In this document: positions 51,050 through 61,506 of the stretch, in pieces
How the letters are laid out: every line of letters begins with the position of its first letter
Position numbering within the stretch: position 1 is the stretch's first letter
Assembly: GCF_016903815.1 (NCBI RefSeq)
Contig: NZ_CP069973.1
DNA: 64,000 nt
Direction: 5' to 3' (one strand)
From: Escherichia coli
Lineage (GTDB): Bacteria; Pseudomonadota; Gammaproteobacteria; Enterobacterales; Enterobacteriaceae
Program-made: the position numbers and the translations under genes
The notes under the pieces: model-generated
Databases searched by the model: none
The model's input: only the letters and a program-made list of their open reading frames with translations
What the model was told of the DNA's origin: nothing

Positions 51050-51769
51050 ATCGCTGCGACAGTGGCTGATGCTGTACTCAATAGGCCGTTGCTGTTGGTC
51101 AAGCGCCACTTGCTTGATCACCAGCACCGGTATTTTGCTATCTAACTGAATATGTGACTGAAACTCGGCATCCGGCATCCGGGCGCTAACGCGGGAACGC
51201 GTACGTTGTGGGTAAATGTGCTGGCTGCGGAAGTAGTCATAAAGAGAAATTCCGATGGCATCAACATCATGAATTAAATGCGCAGGAACCCACGATTCCT
51301 CAATTGATACCGCTTCTTCATCGACATAGCGAATACGCTTAAGCAAAAAGACATTACTTCCTGCTTCGACCGCTAGCTGCTGCGCGACTTCTTCGGGACA
51401 TTTCACGACACGCTTGTTAACCCATAGTGTATCGGGCTTTTTCCCGCGCAATACCACCTGCTGAGAAAAACCTCGCGCTTCTTTCAACGAGTATTCGAAG
51501 ATGTTGTTGATCTGCGTACCGTAACCACGCGAACGCGTCACCACGCCCTCTTCTTCCAGCGCCTGCATCGCCTTGCGCACCGTAATGCGCGAAACGCCGG
51601 TTAACTGACTTAAATCACGCTCACCGGGCAAAATATTGCCATGCTCCAGCACCCCGCTGCGCACGGCATTTTTTACCGTTTCGGCAAACTTAATATAAAG
51701 CGGCGTGTTATCCGCCGCTAAAATACGTTCGTTCAGTTGGGCAATCAGCTGGGTATGCGCTTGTTCCAT
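51023..51769 (-). CDS. yegW: GntR/HutC-family transcriptional regulator YegW
   Basis: 248 aa with the HTH 'LPGERDLSQLTGVSRITVRKAMQALEEEG'. Convergent with yegV, with a 27-nt overlap. Confidence 0.9.
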   Translation of the reverse strand: MEQAHTQLIAQLNERILAADNTPLYIKFAETVKNAVRSGVLEHGNILPGERDLSQLTGVSRITVRKAMQALEEEGVVTRSRGYGTQINNIFEYSLKEARGFSQQVVLRGKKPDTLWVNKRVVKCPEEVAQQLAVEAGSNVFLLKRIRYVDEEAVSIEESWVPAHLIHDVDAIGISLYDYFRSQHIYPQRTRSRVSARMPDAEFQSHIQLDSKIPVLVIKQVALDQQQRPIEYSISHCRSDLYVFVCEE

Positions 51770-51820
51770 TTGTCTTTTTCCTGCCAGGGAGTCTGGTGGG
51801 AGTATATCACTGCTTCTTAT

Positions 51821-52648
51821 TTAAGGCGTTTCTTTAATCCCATCAACGAATGCCTGCAACTCCTCCACCGTGCCATTAAATACATTAAAATCCACCGGAC
51901 CATTGATGCCATCTACCTGTCCACGGTCGGAATGCTGCCAGAAGCGCCAGGCCATTCCGTCATTGTCCGGACGACGTTGATAGTAATGAGCCACCCACCA
52001 CGGATATTCATTGAAATAGCCCGCCAGATTCGTGTGATAAAAAACGGCTCCTGAGTAAATAATCGGCTTTTTCCCCGTACTTTTTTCGACCATTTTTAGC
52101 CACTGACTTACCCACTTGCGTAATTCTTTTGCCGATAATTTTCCCCGTTCTTCTACGTCCAGCACGGCAGGGAAATCGCCTTGTGAGAAATCCACCGTTT
52201 GCAGAAATAATCTCGCCTGAACTGAAGCGGATACCGACGGGGAAAAATAATGATACGCCCCGCGCAGCAGGCCATTTTCGCGGCTTAGTTGCCAGTTACG
52301 CGAAAAATAGGGGTCCACCAGCTTTTCGCCTTCCGTCGCCTTGATAAAGGCAAATTGCAAGCGAATACCGTTATCGCGCATTTTTGCCACCCGCTGCCAG
52401 TCGATTCGCTCCTGCCAGCGCGAAACATCTATTCCGTGAATGGTGTAACTGGCAGGAATGCGAATAGCGAAAGATTTAACCGGGCGATAACCGTAGAAGT
52501 GGATGTAGTCTTTAATCTGAATTGCTGTCGAATAGAAAAAATTCACCGTCTGACGCGGATGAATCGCAACGATGGAAATTAGCCCAAGAGCGCATAATAA
52601 AGCGGTGAGTTTTTTTCGACTGGTGATTCTTAGCTGCATTGGTTTCAT
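51821..52648 (-). CDS. yegX: GH25-family lysozyme-like protein YegX
   Basis: 275-aa ORF (the K-12 annotation starts 3 codons later, at MQLRIT). 'GIDVSRWQ' and 'FAFIKATEG' are GH25 motifs. Confidence 0.88.
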   Translation of the reverse strand: MKPMQLRITSRKKLTALLCALGLISIVAIHPRQTVNFFYSTAIQIKDYIHFYGYRPVKSFAIRIPASYTIHGIDVSRWQERIDWQRVAKMRDNGIRLQFAFIKATEGEKLVDPYFSRNWQLSRENGLLRGAYHYFSPSVSASVQARLFLQTVDFSQGDFPAVLDVEERGKLSAKELRKWVSQWLKMVEKSTGKKPIIYSGAVFYHTNLAGYFNEYPWWVAHYYQRRPDNDGMAWRFWQHSDRGQVDGINGPVDFNVFNGTVEELQAFVDGIKETP

Positions 52649-52703
52649 CCCTGAATGTCAGTGCCAAAGGCTGACAATAACCAAAGCAGCTATAGTACGG
52701 TGC

Positions 52704-53504
52704 TCACCACCAGGCGTGGAAGTGGTGAACCGGACCAATACCGTGACCAACTTCCAGCGTGTCGGCCTGGGCTAACGCCGATGAAAGCCAGCTTTTTGCC
52801 TCCTGTACGGTGTCAGCCCAGTTTGTATGGCGCGGGCGTAGTGCAGCCAACGCCGCAGAGAGCGTACAACCAGTGCCGTGGGTGTTTTGGGTCATAATGC
52901 GCGGTGCAGTAAATCGTTGTTCCCCCTCACGAGTAAACAGCCAGTCAGGGCTTTGCTCATCATCCAGATGACCACCTTTCATTAGCACTGCGCCACAGCC
53001 CATCGCCAACAGCGATCGCCCTTGTTCCAGCATTTCCTGTTCGGTGCGCGCGTGTGGCGCGTCGAGCAAGGCAGCAGCTTCGGGCAAGTTTGGCGTTATT
53101 AATGAAACCTGTGGCAATAATCGACTGCGCAGCGTAGCAACCGCCGAAGGTGAAAGCAGCGGGTCGCCGCTTTTTGCCAGCATAACGGTGTCGAGTACCA
53201 CGTTTTGGATCTGATAACGTTGCAACCGTTCTGCCACCGCTTCAACAATATCGGTTTCCGCCAACATACCGATTTTAGTGGTGTCGATTCGCACATCGCT
53301 GAACACCGAATCGAGCTGGGCGGCGACAAAATCAGGCTCAATGCGATACACCGACTGTACGCCACGGGTATTTTGCGCCACCAGTGCAGTAATCACTGAG
53401 CAACCATAAGCGCCAAGTGCCGAGAAGGTTTTAAGATCGGCCTGAATCCCCGCACCACCACTCGGATCAGTACCGGCAATCGTCAGAGCGTTAATTCGTT
53501 TCAT
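52704..53504 (-). CDS. thiD: Hydroxymethylpyrimidine/phosphomethylpyrimidine kinase ThiD
   Basis: 266 aa starting '[31 protein letters not shown]'. Confidence 0.95.
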   Translation of the reverse strand: MKRINALTIAGTDPSGGAGIQADLKTFSALGAYGCSVITALVAQNTRGVQSVYRIEPDFVAAQLDSVFSDVRIDTTKIGMLAETDIVEAVAERLQRYQIQNVVLDTVMLAKSGDPLLSPSAVATLRSRLLPQVSLITPNLPEAAALLDAPHARTEQEMLEQGRSLLAMGCGAVLMKGGHLDDEQSPDWLFTREGEQRFTAPRIMTQNTHGTGCTLSAALAALRPRHTNWADTVQEAKSWLSSALAQADTLEVGHGIGPVHHFHAWW

Positions 53505-54289
53505 GCCTGCACCTCCGGCGTCAATTGCCAGAGCGCATCAAGGAAATGTGGAACAAAACTGCCTGGCCCCTCGCTACTGGCGACTGCGCGTTCTCCGGCT
53601 TGTTTCATCCAGTGACAGGCAGATGCGATATTTTCCAGCGTATCGCCTGGTAGCGCACAACAGGCAGCGACAACCGCCGATAATGCACAGCCAGTTCCTA
53701 CCACTTTGGTCATTAACGGATCGCCACCGTGAATACCAATGATACGATGTCCATCGGTAACATAATCCATCTCGCCAGTGACCACGACGATTGCGCCAGT
53801 TTCCCGTGCCAGTGTTTGTGCAGCGGGTATCGCATTAGCTGCGGCGTCAGTGGTATCCACTCCCCGTCCACCATTAGCAACGCCAGCTAATGCCATGATT
53901 TCCGAAGCATTACCACGTATGGCGGTTGGCTTATGAGACAGAAGTTCCAGACAAAAACGGCGGCGATAATCGAGTGCACCCACCGCTACTGGATCAAGCG
54001 TCCAGGGTGTTTGAGAGCGTTTTGCCTGTTCAATGGCGGCACGCATCGCCTGTGCGCGTGGCTGCGTCAGCGTGCCAACGTTAATCAGCAACGCACTGGC
54101 GATAGCCGCAAACTGACTGGCCTCTTCGGTTTCGATAACCATCGCTGGGGATGCACCGAGCGCCAGCAAGGTATTGGCAGTAAAGGTTTGCACCACATCG
54201 TTGGTCATGCAGTGCACAAGAGGGGAATGTTGGTGAAAAAGATGTAACGCGTGCGCAGATTGCGCGGAACTCAGCAGGTCGACTTGCAT
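53501..54289 (-). CDS. thiM: Hydroxyethylthiazole kinase ThiM
   Basis: 262 aa. Overlaps the thiD start. Confidence 0.95.
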   Translation of the reverse strand: MQVDLLSSAQSAHALHLFHQHSPLVHCMTNDVVQTFTANTLLALGASPAMVIETEEASQFAAIASALLINVGTLTQPRAQAMRAAIEQAKRSQTPWTLDPVAVGALDYRRRFCLELLSHKPTAIRGNASEIMALAGVANGGRGVDTTDAAANAIPAAQTLARETGAIVVVTGEMDYVTDGHRIIGIHGGDPLMTKVVGTGCALSAVVAACCALPGDTLENIASACHWMKQAGERAVASSEGPGSFVPHFLDALWQLTPEVQA

Positions 54290-54329
54290 AGTTTGCTCCT
54301 GCCATAACGTGAAGAAGCAATGACCTGGT

Positions 54330-54415
54330 GGTCCGTGACTTCCCTACGCTGGCATTATCCAGATCAGGTGATACGGGTATTTCTCAGCCTTCACGCAGAA
54401 GGGCACCCCGAGTCG
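54330..54415 (-). promoter_or_regulatory. TPP (THI-box) riboswitch in the thiMD leader
   Basis: The minus strand reads CTCGGGGTGCCCTTCTGCGTGAAGGCTGAGAAATACCCGTATCACCTGATCTGGATAATGCCAGCGTAGGGAAGTCACGG. It contains the conserved CTGAGA and ACCTGATCTGGATAATGCCAGCG THI-box elements. Confidence 0.92.
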
Positions 54416-54511
54416 TTTGATTGCGATGATAAATCGCAGAGGAGGATGGTAATGTCCAGCGCACGCGTTGTAAACGAGTAAAAACCGCAGTTTTACAATC
54501 GCGTTAATAAA

Positions 54512-54784
54512 TTATTTGATATAAGAATCCAGCACCTTCAGAACGACATCCAGATCTTCTTCACGTTTTAGCTCATCCCCCTGGTGAACGATGTGTTCCG
54601 TCAGATGACCTTTAATCACTTCCCGCATCAGACCGTTTACCGCGCCACGGATAGCAGCAATCTGTTGTAAAACTGCAGCGCATTCGTGCGGCTCGTCGAG
54701 CATTTTCTTGAGCGCCACGACCTGGCCCTGAATCTTACTGGCACGCGCTTTCAGTTTCTGTTTATCACGGATGGTATGAGACAT
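54512..54784 (-). CDS. rcnR: Ni/Co-responsive repressor RcnR (CsoR/RcnR family)
   Basis: 90 aa starting '[21 protein letters not shown]...'. Confidence 0.94.
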
Positions 54785-54832
54785 GGCAACACCTGGTTAA
54801 TAAGAATATGAAAAATCATAGCACTATTAATC

Positions 54833-54867
54833 TACTGGGGGGTAGTATCAGGTACTGGGGGGGAGTA
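54833..54867. promoter_or_regulatory. Two RcnR operator sites (TACT-G6/7-N-AGTA)
   Basis: TACTGGGGGGTAGTA (54833-54847) and TACTGGGGGGGAGTA (54853-54867) lie in the rcnR-rcnA divergent region. They match the published G-tract inverted-repeat operator. Confidence 0.85.
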
Positions 54868-54904
54868 GAATCAGATTGCCGAATTAATACTAAGAATTAT
54901 TATC

Positions 54905-55729
54905 ATGACCGAATTTACAACTCTTCTTCAGCAAGGAAACGCCTGGTTCTTCATCCCCAGCGCCATCTTACTTGGTGCGCTTCATGGCCTGGAACCAGGG
55001 CACTCAAAAACGATGATGGCGGCGTTTATCATCGCCATCAAAGGCACCATTAAACAGGCGGTGATGCTCGGACTGGCAGCAACCATTTCGCATACCGCAG
55101 TGGTCTGGTTGATTGCCTTTGGCGGGATGGTGATCAGCAAGCGCTTTACTGCTCAATCAGCAGAACCGTGGCTCCAGTTGATTTCCGCAGTGATCATTAT
55201 TGGCACCGCGTTCTGGATGTTCTGGCGTACCTGGCGCGGCGAACGAAACTGGCTGGAGAATATGCACGAGCATGATCATGAGCATCATCACCACGATCAC
55301 GAAGATCACCACGACCATGGACATCATCACCATCACGAACATGGCGAGTATCAGGATGCCCATGCACGAGCCCATGCCAATGACATTAAACGACGCTTTG
55401 ATGGTAGAGAGGTCACCAACTGGCAAATTTTGCTATTTGGCTTAACCGGTGGCCTTATCCCCTGCCCGGCAGCAATTACCGTGCTGTTGATATGCATTCA
55501 GTTGAAAGCCCTGACACTGGGCGCAACACTGGTCGTCAGTTTCAGCATTGGCCTGGCGTTAACGCTTGTCACCGTAGGCGTTGGCGCAGCAATCAGCGTT
55601 CAGCAGGTCGCAAAACGCTGGAGCGGATTTAACACTCTCGCTAAACGCGCCCCCTATTTTTCCAGTCTGTTGATTGGCTTAGTTGGTGTGTATATGGGCG
55701 TACATGGCTTCATGGGCATAATGCGATAA
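54905..55729 (+). CDS. rcnA: Ni/Co efflux pump RcnA
   Basis: 274 aa, 6 TM, with a central His-rich loop 'HEHDHEHHHHDHEDHHDHGHHHHHEHGEYQDAH'. Confidence 0.94.
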   Translation: MTEFTTLLQQGNAWFFIPSAILLGALHGLEPGHSKTMMAAFIIAIKGTIKQAVMLGLAATISHTAVVWLIAFGGMVISKRFTAQSAEPWLQLISAVIIIGTAFWMFWRTWRGERNWLENMHEHDHEHHHHDHEDHHDHGHHHHHEHGEYQDAHARAHANDIKRRFDGREVTNWQILLFGLTGGLIPCPAAITVLLICIQLKALTLGATLVVSFSIGLALTLVTVGVGAAISVQQVAKRWSGFNTLAKRAPYFSSLLIGLVGVYMGVHGFMGIMR

Positions 55730-55947
55730 CTCAATCCTTTAGGCTTGCATGTTATCTTCAGCCCAGGATGATTCTTAAATCAGCTATTTCCGCTGACTCT
55801 CTGCTCGCTAAGGATGCTTTTAGGGCATCCTTTCATTTACACTTTTTACGAAATCATGGGATCACTAACAAAATATCGCTTGCCAGTTATATTGTATGGC
55901 AGGAAAGATATGCGACTGATATTACAGATCCCCAAAGTGGAGAGTTT

Positions 55948-56286
55948 ATGACCATTAAAAATAAGATGTTGCTGGGTGCGCTTTTGCTGGTTACCAGTGC
56001 CGCCTGGGCCGCACCAGCCACCGCGGGTTCGACCAATACCTCGGGAATTTCTAAGTATGAGTTAAGCAGTTTCATTGCTGACTTTAAGCATTTCAAACCA
56101 GGCGATACCGTCCCAGAGATGTACCGCACCGATGAGTACAACATTAAGCAGTGGCAGTTACGTAACCTGCCCGCGCCTGATGCCGGGACGCACTGGACCT
56201 ATATGGGTGGCGCGTACGTGTTGATCAGCGACACCGACGGTAAAATCATTAAAGCCTACGACGGTGAGATTTTTTATCATCGCTAA
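55948..56286 (+). CDS. rcnB: Periplasmic Ni/Co homeostasis protein RcnB (YohN)
   Basis: 112 aa from 'MTIKNKMLLGALLLVTSAAWA|AP...' (signal peptide). The track ORF is over-extended upstream. Confidence 0.9.
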   Translation: MTIKNKMLLGALLLVTSAAWAAPATAGSTNTSGISKYELSSFIADFKHFKPGDTVPEMYRTDEYNIKQWQLRNLPAPDAGTHWTYMGGAYVLISDTDGKIIKAYDGEIFYHR

Positions 56287-56311
56287 AAAAAGCCCCCTCA
56301 TCATGAGGGGG
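56285..56311. terminator. Hairpin between convergent rcnB and yehA, a canonical terminator on the minus strand
   Basis: AAAAAAAGCCCCCTCATCATGAGGGGG. On the minus strand the hairpin is followed by T7. Confidence 0.65.
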
Positions 56312-56367
56312 AAATGCAGACACCTTGTTATTTTTTATTATTAGCCACTTGCTCGTCTTGCTTGTTA

Positions 56368-57402
56368 TTAGTCGTATTTCACGTTGATTAATGCGGTTGC
56401 CTCCAGTGCGCCAGATTTAACTTTGTTTGTATCGTAGACGTAGTAACTGGCAGTTATCGGAATTGAAACCGTTGTATCTGTAAGTTTTGACTTCGCAGCA
56501 ACTTCCTTTAAATTTGTATATCCTTTACTGCTGTTAGTGATATTTAAAAGTGTGACTGGCGAACCATTACTTTCAAGAATAAACCCTACGCCATTATCTT
56601 CCGCACCTTTCAGGATCGTGTTACTACTGCCCCACAAATCAGAACTTGATAAATACACCTGCATTTTTCGTGATGTTTGATTTTGTTGACCTAATAAATT
56701 TTTACAACGCAGAATAATATCTCCTTTTTTACTATTTATTGTTGCTTTGTTACCTGTGGCTGGTAATTGTGAAACGGGAGTACTCTCTAAAGTAATTAAT
56801 AAATCGTCCGGTTTGCAGGTCGTTGTTATCGGGTTATATGACAATGCCAGATTAAAGGAATAGACACCTGCATTTTGTGCCAATGCATTTCTGTAGCTAT
56901 TTACACATGCATCCCATGACTTGCCACCTAATAAACACAGTAGAAATTGTACTGCGGCACTCCCGCGTGTCGATGATGAAGCACTGGATAATGTCGCAAC
57001 TCCATTAATCATCACTGAACCGCCGCCCCCCGCAGAAACATTCACTTTTGCATTACTGGCTGCAGGTGTCACCGTTACCGAATAACCATTGGTGAAACTG
57101 GTCTGATTATTTGACAACGTGATGTTATTTTTATTGGTCCATTCAAAATGTAAATTTAATTTAATGGTATCGTTATAAAGTCCAACAATAATATCCGACG
57201 GGCTCATAGGGGTGATAGTATTTGTACTCACGCATGACGAATCATTAAAATTATGCTCATAGGTCGCCATTTGTGTTTGAGTAAGTGCAAAATCCCCCTG
57301 AACAACCAAATTGTGCTGAACAGATAACTCACTATAACATGCTGCATAGCTCACTGGCATAACCATCATCATTAATATAAATAGCATTATGCGAATTTTC
57401 AT
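56368..57402 (-). CDS. yehA: Fimbrial adhesin-like subunit YehA
   Basis: 344 aa. Signal peptide. Last gene of the yeh chaperone-usher operon. Confidence 0.88.
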   Translation of the reverse strand: MKIRIMLFILMMMVMPVSYAACYSELSVQHNLVVQGDFALTQTQMATYEHNFNDSSCVSTNTITPMSPSDIIVGLYNDTIKLNLHFEWTNKNNITLSNNQTSFTNGYSVTVTPAASNAKVNVSAGGGGSVMINGVATLSSASSSTRGSAAVQFLLCLLGGKSWDACVNSYRNALAQNAGVYSFNLALSYNPITTTCKPDDLLITLESTPVSQLPATGNKATINSKKGDIILRCKNLLGQQNQTSRKMQVYLSSSDLWGSSNTILKGAEDNGVGFILESNGSPVTLLNITNSSKGYTNLKEVAAKSKLTDTTVSIPITASYYVYDTNKVKSGALEATALINVKYD

Positions 57403-57417
57403 AGAACCACCTGACTA

Positions 57418-59898
57418 TTACTGGCAAATATAATTTCTACTTTCATCAATCTCTTTACCGAAGGTGATTGTGCATGAAAGTCCTTGTTGCTTATTAATTG
57501 CCACATTAACCGACGGCGGTACTTCATTGGTGCGAATAAATAACTGGCTTCCCTGGCCGACAACGCCAATATTATGACCATGGATATCATTGACTTCATA
57601 ACCAAACGTTAATGGTTGCCCATCCGTTCTTAACGCTTTTATAAACCAGGGCTTGCGCTGATCGGTATCAAAATTAACCAGTACAACCGCGCCGCGATAA
57701 GGTGCGGCAATTTTCCGGTTACCGCGCAATTCTGCTTCGCTATCGCTTTGCGACACATCCAGCATCAGGTGATTTTCCCGATAAGGTGTCATTCCGTCGT
57801 ATACCACCACTCCATTACGGTTTGTTGTGCGATATTTTTGCCCATTGACATAAGCATCTTTAATTCCTGGCGCATTCATCACTGCAAACGTTTCGGAAAG
57901 ACGGTTCGCCAGATTAACGCCCTCCGACCAGGCGACAATGCCCCCTGAAACACTGGCTCCAGCCTGTAGATAAGTACTCGACTGACTATAACTGCCATTC
58001 ACTGTCGCAACCGGCGCGTTCCAGGTTAAATTCGCTCCAGCTGTCGTTTCATTTCCCTGATGCTGATGACTCAGGTTGACCCCATAGTTAAATTGATCCC
58101 GGCTTCCAACGGTTCCCGATAATCCCGTATTATTTGAGGCAAAACCCTGATCATCAAACGTCGTTGAGTTAGACATATATATTTGCCGACGAGGCGTCGT
58201 AACGTCATCACCCCAATCAAAGGGAATCGATATAAAAATATTAAAACGTTTCTCTTCATGATGATTCTCGTCATAAGCCTGGCTTGCCGCGAGGGTATAG
58301 CTTATCCGTCGCAGGTTGTTGGAATAACTCAACTGATAATCCTTACTGCTGCCGCTACGCCCCCAGTAATCTCGCCATAACGTACTTAAGGACACAGAAC
58401 CCCAGCCTTCTGGCAATGACTGGCTCATATTGGCAGAAAAGCTATTTTTACGGCCAAAATCGTTCTGGTAATAATCGGCAATGTCATAGATATCGTTTTC
58501 ATCACGGCGATAATTATCTTTATTGTTTGCCCAAACATGATCGTTAAATGTCCGGTAATCACGCGACGAATAACGCCAGGCCGCCAGACCAAAACGCGTC
58601 GACGTTTGGCTCACAAATTTGTTGTAGGCAATTTGATAACTTTGCCCGTCAAACACATCGCCGTTGTCTTGTTTACTATGCGACTTCGTGGCATCGACGG
58701 AAATGGCACCAATGCGTGTATTCCAGCCAGTCCCCAAAGTGAACGCGTAATAATTATTCGCGACCATCGATCCGCCATACAGCGTCAATAAGTTATTAAA
58801 ACCATACTGATAACCCGCCTGGACAAAATCACTTTGTTTGCTCGCCCCTTCAATATGGCTACGACCCGCCGCAAAATCATATTTCGACACGCCAGGTTGC
58901 AGCATATTCGGCACCGCTGCATAAGGCACCAGATAGGTGGTTACCGAACCGTCCGCCTCTTTCACGCTGACATCAAGATCTGCTCCACCACCGGCCAACT
59001 GCAAATCTGTAATCGCAAACGGGCCAGGAGGAACCTCTTTCTGATAAACCACAAAACCGTTCTGTTCAATAGTTACCAGCGCGTTACTCTGAGCAATCCC
59101 CTGCACCCGTGGAGTAAAATTCTGTTTCGAGTTAGGCAACATCTGCATATCACGAAACAACCGCACACCGCTGAAGCGAACAGAATCAAAAATATCGCTT
59201 GATGTGTACATATCACCCACGCGAAGCGTGCCGAGAAGTTGGGCAAATCCACGTTCCAGATACAGGGTATTGCTTTTCCACCCCCCTGGATTGCTATTTG
59301 TTTTACTGAAACTGGCATCAGAATGCAGTTGCCACCCCAGTAAGTTTAACCCGCTGTTAAAACGTACATATGTACTCTTGCTATTACCCGACGCTTTATA
59401 GTCGCTGTAATACTGACTCACATAATAAGAGGTATAAAACGCATTAATACCCCGCTCCCAGTTTTCCGGTGGAACATAGCCACTTTCCAGTTCTTCCACC
59501 CACGCCTGCGGGACACTGAAATCGAGACGAAAAACTCCGATATCCCAGGTATAGCTCCCACCCTGAACAAGTTGCTCAAATGTTAAACATTGCTTACCGC
59601 TGGCAAAGTTATCGGTATTAATGCCTAACCGCTTGATAATTTCCCTTGATATACATGTTTCTTGCGGGTTGTCTTTAACAATGATCTCATATTTCCCGCG
59701 CCATTGCTTATTGACATAAATATCGATGTCATACTGCCCCGGCAAGGGTTGATTATCATCAAGACGAATATTTGCAACCTGCTGGTCTTTCATTCCACCT
59801 ATCATAAAATGGGTATCAAAGGTTTCTTCAGCTGCATAAGCTTCAATGCCGAGCAATAACGCTACGATTGCTGATGCAAGTGGGGTCATTCTCAACAT
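57418..59898 (-). CDS. yehB: Fimbrial outer-membrane usher YehB
   Basis: 826 aa from 'MLRMTPLASAIVALLLGIEAYA...'. Usher-family size and beta-rich composition. Confidence 0.92.
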   Translation of the reverse strand: MLRMTPLASAIVALLLGIEAYAAEETFDTHFMIGGMKDQQVANIRLDDNQPLPGQYDIDIYVNKQWRGKYEIIVKDNPQETCISREIIKRLGINTDNFASGKQCLTFEQLVQGGSYTWDIGVFRLDFSVPQAWVEELESGYVPPENWERGINAFYTSYYVSQYYSDYKASGNSKSTYVRFNSGLNLLGWQLHSDASFSKTNSNPGGWKSNTLYLERGFAQLLGTLRVGDMYTSSDIFDSVRFSGVRLFRDMQMLPNSKQNFTPRVQGIAQSNALVTIEQNGFVVYQKEVPPGPFAITDLQLAGGGADLDVSVKEADGSVTTYLVPYAAVPNMLQPGVSKYDFAAGRSHIEGASKQSDFVQAGYQYGFNNLLTLYGGSMVANNYYAFTLGTGWNTRIGAISVDATKSHSKQDNGDVFDGQSYQIAYNKFVSQTSTRFGLAAWRYSSRDYRTFNDHVWANNKDNYRRDENDIYDIADYYQNDFGRKNSFSANMSQSLPEGWGSVSLSTLWRDYWGRSGSSKDYQLSYSNNLRRISYTLAASQAYDENHHEEKRFNIFISIPFDWGDDVTTPRRQIYMSNSTTFDDQGFASNNTGLSGTVGSRDQFNYGVNLSHQHQGNETTAGANLTWNAPVATVNGSYSQSSTYLQAGASVSGGIVAWSEGVNLANRLSETFAVMNAPGIKDAYVNGQKYRTTNRNGVVVYDGMTPYRENHLMLDVSQSDSEAELRGNRKIAAPYRGAVVLVNFDTDQRKPWFIKALRTDGQPLTFGYEVNDIHGHNIGVVGQGSQLFIRTNEVPPSVNVAINKQQGLSCTITFGKEIDESRNYICQ

Positions 59899-59913
59899 AG
59901 GCAGCTCCTGCAA

Positions 59914-60588
59914 TTAAATTTTGTCACTAATATAGTTGCCATGGTCATCGATAATGGTCAGATACCAGTTATTCGCATTATTACTTTTGACATTAATACT
60001 CTGACTTTCTAAGGGGGCAATCATAATAGTTTCATAATTGACTTTGACATTATTAGCTTTGACATCCGAAATCGTTACCCAATTTGCTGAGTCATTTTTT
60101 ATCACCAATCCATTGCCACTGCGATTTACCAGTAACTTTTTAAATGTCGCTTTATTTACTGGCGCAATACCCGCAGGCCGGTAAAACAATTTAATTCTGT
60201 TTTGCATTGCAAATTTCAGTGCATTCTTGCCCTCTTGCTCTGGACTATTTGGTGGAATATCCAGAACATTCAGATAAAAAATGCTCTCTTTATTAGTGGG
60301 CAGTTTATTCGGCATAATTTTGATTTTTACTTGCTGCCCGGAATTTGCCCCTATTTTTGCCACTGGTGGCGTTAACATGAAAGGAACCTGAATTTTTTCT
60401 GGTGGTAACGACGTATCGCCATCATCAATCCACGCCTGCAGCAGCGAAGAACGGTTTCCCTGATTCATCAACTGCACCATCACTTCTTTATTTTCTGCCG
60501 GGTAAATAATACGCGTCCCGTAGATAACAATACCGGCATGTGCAGGAAGGACCATAGAAGAAATGAGTAAAGCTAATAATCCTTTCAT
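59914..60588 (-). CDS. yehC: Periplasmic fimbrial chaperone YehC
   Basis: 224 aa from 'MKGLLALLISSMVLPAHAGIVIYGTRIIYP' (PapD-like N-terminus). Confidence 0.9.
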   Translation of the reverse strand: MKGLLALLISSMVLPAHAGIVIYGTRIIYPAENKEVMVQLMNQGNRSSLLQAWIDDGDTSLPPEKIQVPFMLTPPVAKIGANSGQQVKIKIMPNKLPTNKESIFYLNVLDIPPNSPEQEGKNALKFAMQNRIKLFYRPAGIAPVNKATFKKLLVNRSGNGLVIKNDSANWVTISDVKANNVKVNYETIMIAPLESQSINVKSNNANNWYLTIIDDHGNYISDKI

Positions 60589-60606
60589 CTTAATGCCTCT
60601 TAAATT

Positions 60607-60632
60607 AAAAGGCCGCCATGGGGATAGCGGCC
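60607..60632 (-). terminator. Intra-operon stem-loop/attenuator after the major subunit gene yehD
   Basis: On the minus strand: GGCCGC..GCGGCC hairpin followed by TTTT. A hairpin after the major pilin gene is typical of chaperone-usher operons. Confidence 0.45.
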
Positions 60633-60668
60633 ATGTTTATTACCTGGAGAAACTTGAAGTTTTATTTA

Positions 60669-61211
60669 TTAATCCTGCGCCACACGCATAACCAGAGAAG
60701 ATAACACATCACCTGATTGCACTGAATTATCTGTCAGCTTCAGGTATTTTGCTTTAAACGGAATAGCATATTGACCTTCCGCTGTTTTATAACTCTCAAT
60801 GTTAAAAGGTGCAGAAACATCCAGGACATCGCTGTTATCACCTAAATAGAGATAGTACCCCACGGTATCGTTGCTACTGGCTATCGCCTTATCGTTTCCG
60901 GTTATTTTATCGTTGGTAATCAACGAGAGTTTTACACCAGCAACTTCTTTCGGACAGCTAATTTTTAACATGCTGCTGGTTACACCGACTGCATCATCAT
61001 AGGTCGAGTATTTAGCTTTACCTTCAAAGACAGTGGTTGGTACAGTTGGCATATTAATACTTACTGAATCGCCACCCGCTTCGAATTTACACGGAGATTC
61101 TGCAATATTCCCTTTAATGGTTAATGTTCCGGTATCAACGTCTGCGGCAAATACCCCAGCGCTCATAAAAAAAGAAGAAAAGACAGCGGCAGCAATAATT
61201 GAACGTTTCAT
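60669..61211 (-). CDS. yehD: Major fimbrial subunit YehD
   Basis: 180 aa. Signal peptide 'MKRSIIAAAVFSSFFMSAGVFA'. Fimbrial subunit fold pattern. Confidence 0.9.
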   Translation of the reverse strand: MKRSIIAAAVFSSFFMSAGVFAADVDTGTLTIKGNIAESPCKFEAGGDSVSINMPTVPTTVFEGKAKYSTYDDAVGVTSSMLKISCPKEVAGVKLSLITNDKITGNDKAIASSNDTVGYYLYLGDNSDVLDVSAPFNIESYKTAEGQYAIPFKAKYLKLTDNSVQSGDVLSSLVMRVAQD

Positions 61212-61506
61212 AATATGTTCCTTAATAAAATTTATTTTTTGGTTGTTAAGAGTCTGTATCTCTTGGAAACAAATTTCTCACATCAAAAAAGTTGCCGAAA
61301 TGTAAACATATTGTTTTATTGATTTAAAACAAATTAACTATTGCAATATAAACACAACAAATACTTAAGCATATTAAATATTTATCACATCTATTAATTA
61401 ATGCAGATTTTTGTAAGTGGTATTATTGATATAAATAAAAAAGCTGAAATCATTCACACGAATGATTTCAGCTTTCTAAATCCGATTAAAAAACCAGGGT
61501 GGCAAA

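Noticed and set aside
55260-55345. Highly repetitive CAT/CAC-rich tract, and the antisense ORF 55157-55426
   Set aside because: This is the His-rich metal-binding loop of RcnA read in frame (HEHDHEHHHHDHEDHHDHGHHHHH). It is not a CRISPR, a microsatellite or a separate gene.
57399-57605. 68-aa minus-strand ORF overlapping the 3' end of yehB and the start of yehA
   Set aside because: It is out of frame within the usher gene, and no such gene exists in the yeh operon.
61212-61506. Extremely AT-rich yehE-yehD intergenic region with a 60-aa plus-strand ORF (61401-61583)
   Set aside because: Its composition is typical of an H-NS-silenced fimbrial promoter region. The ORF is low-complexity and antisense to yehE.
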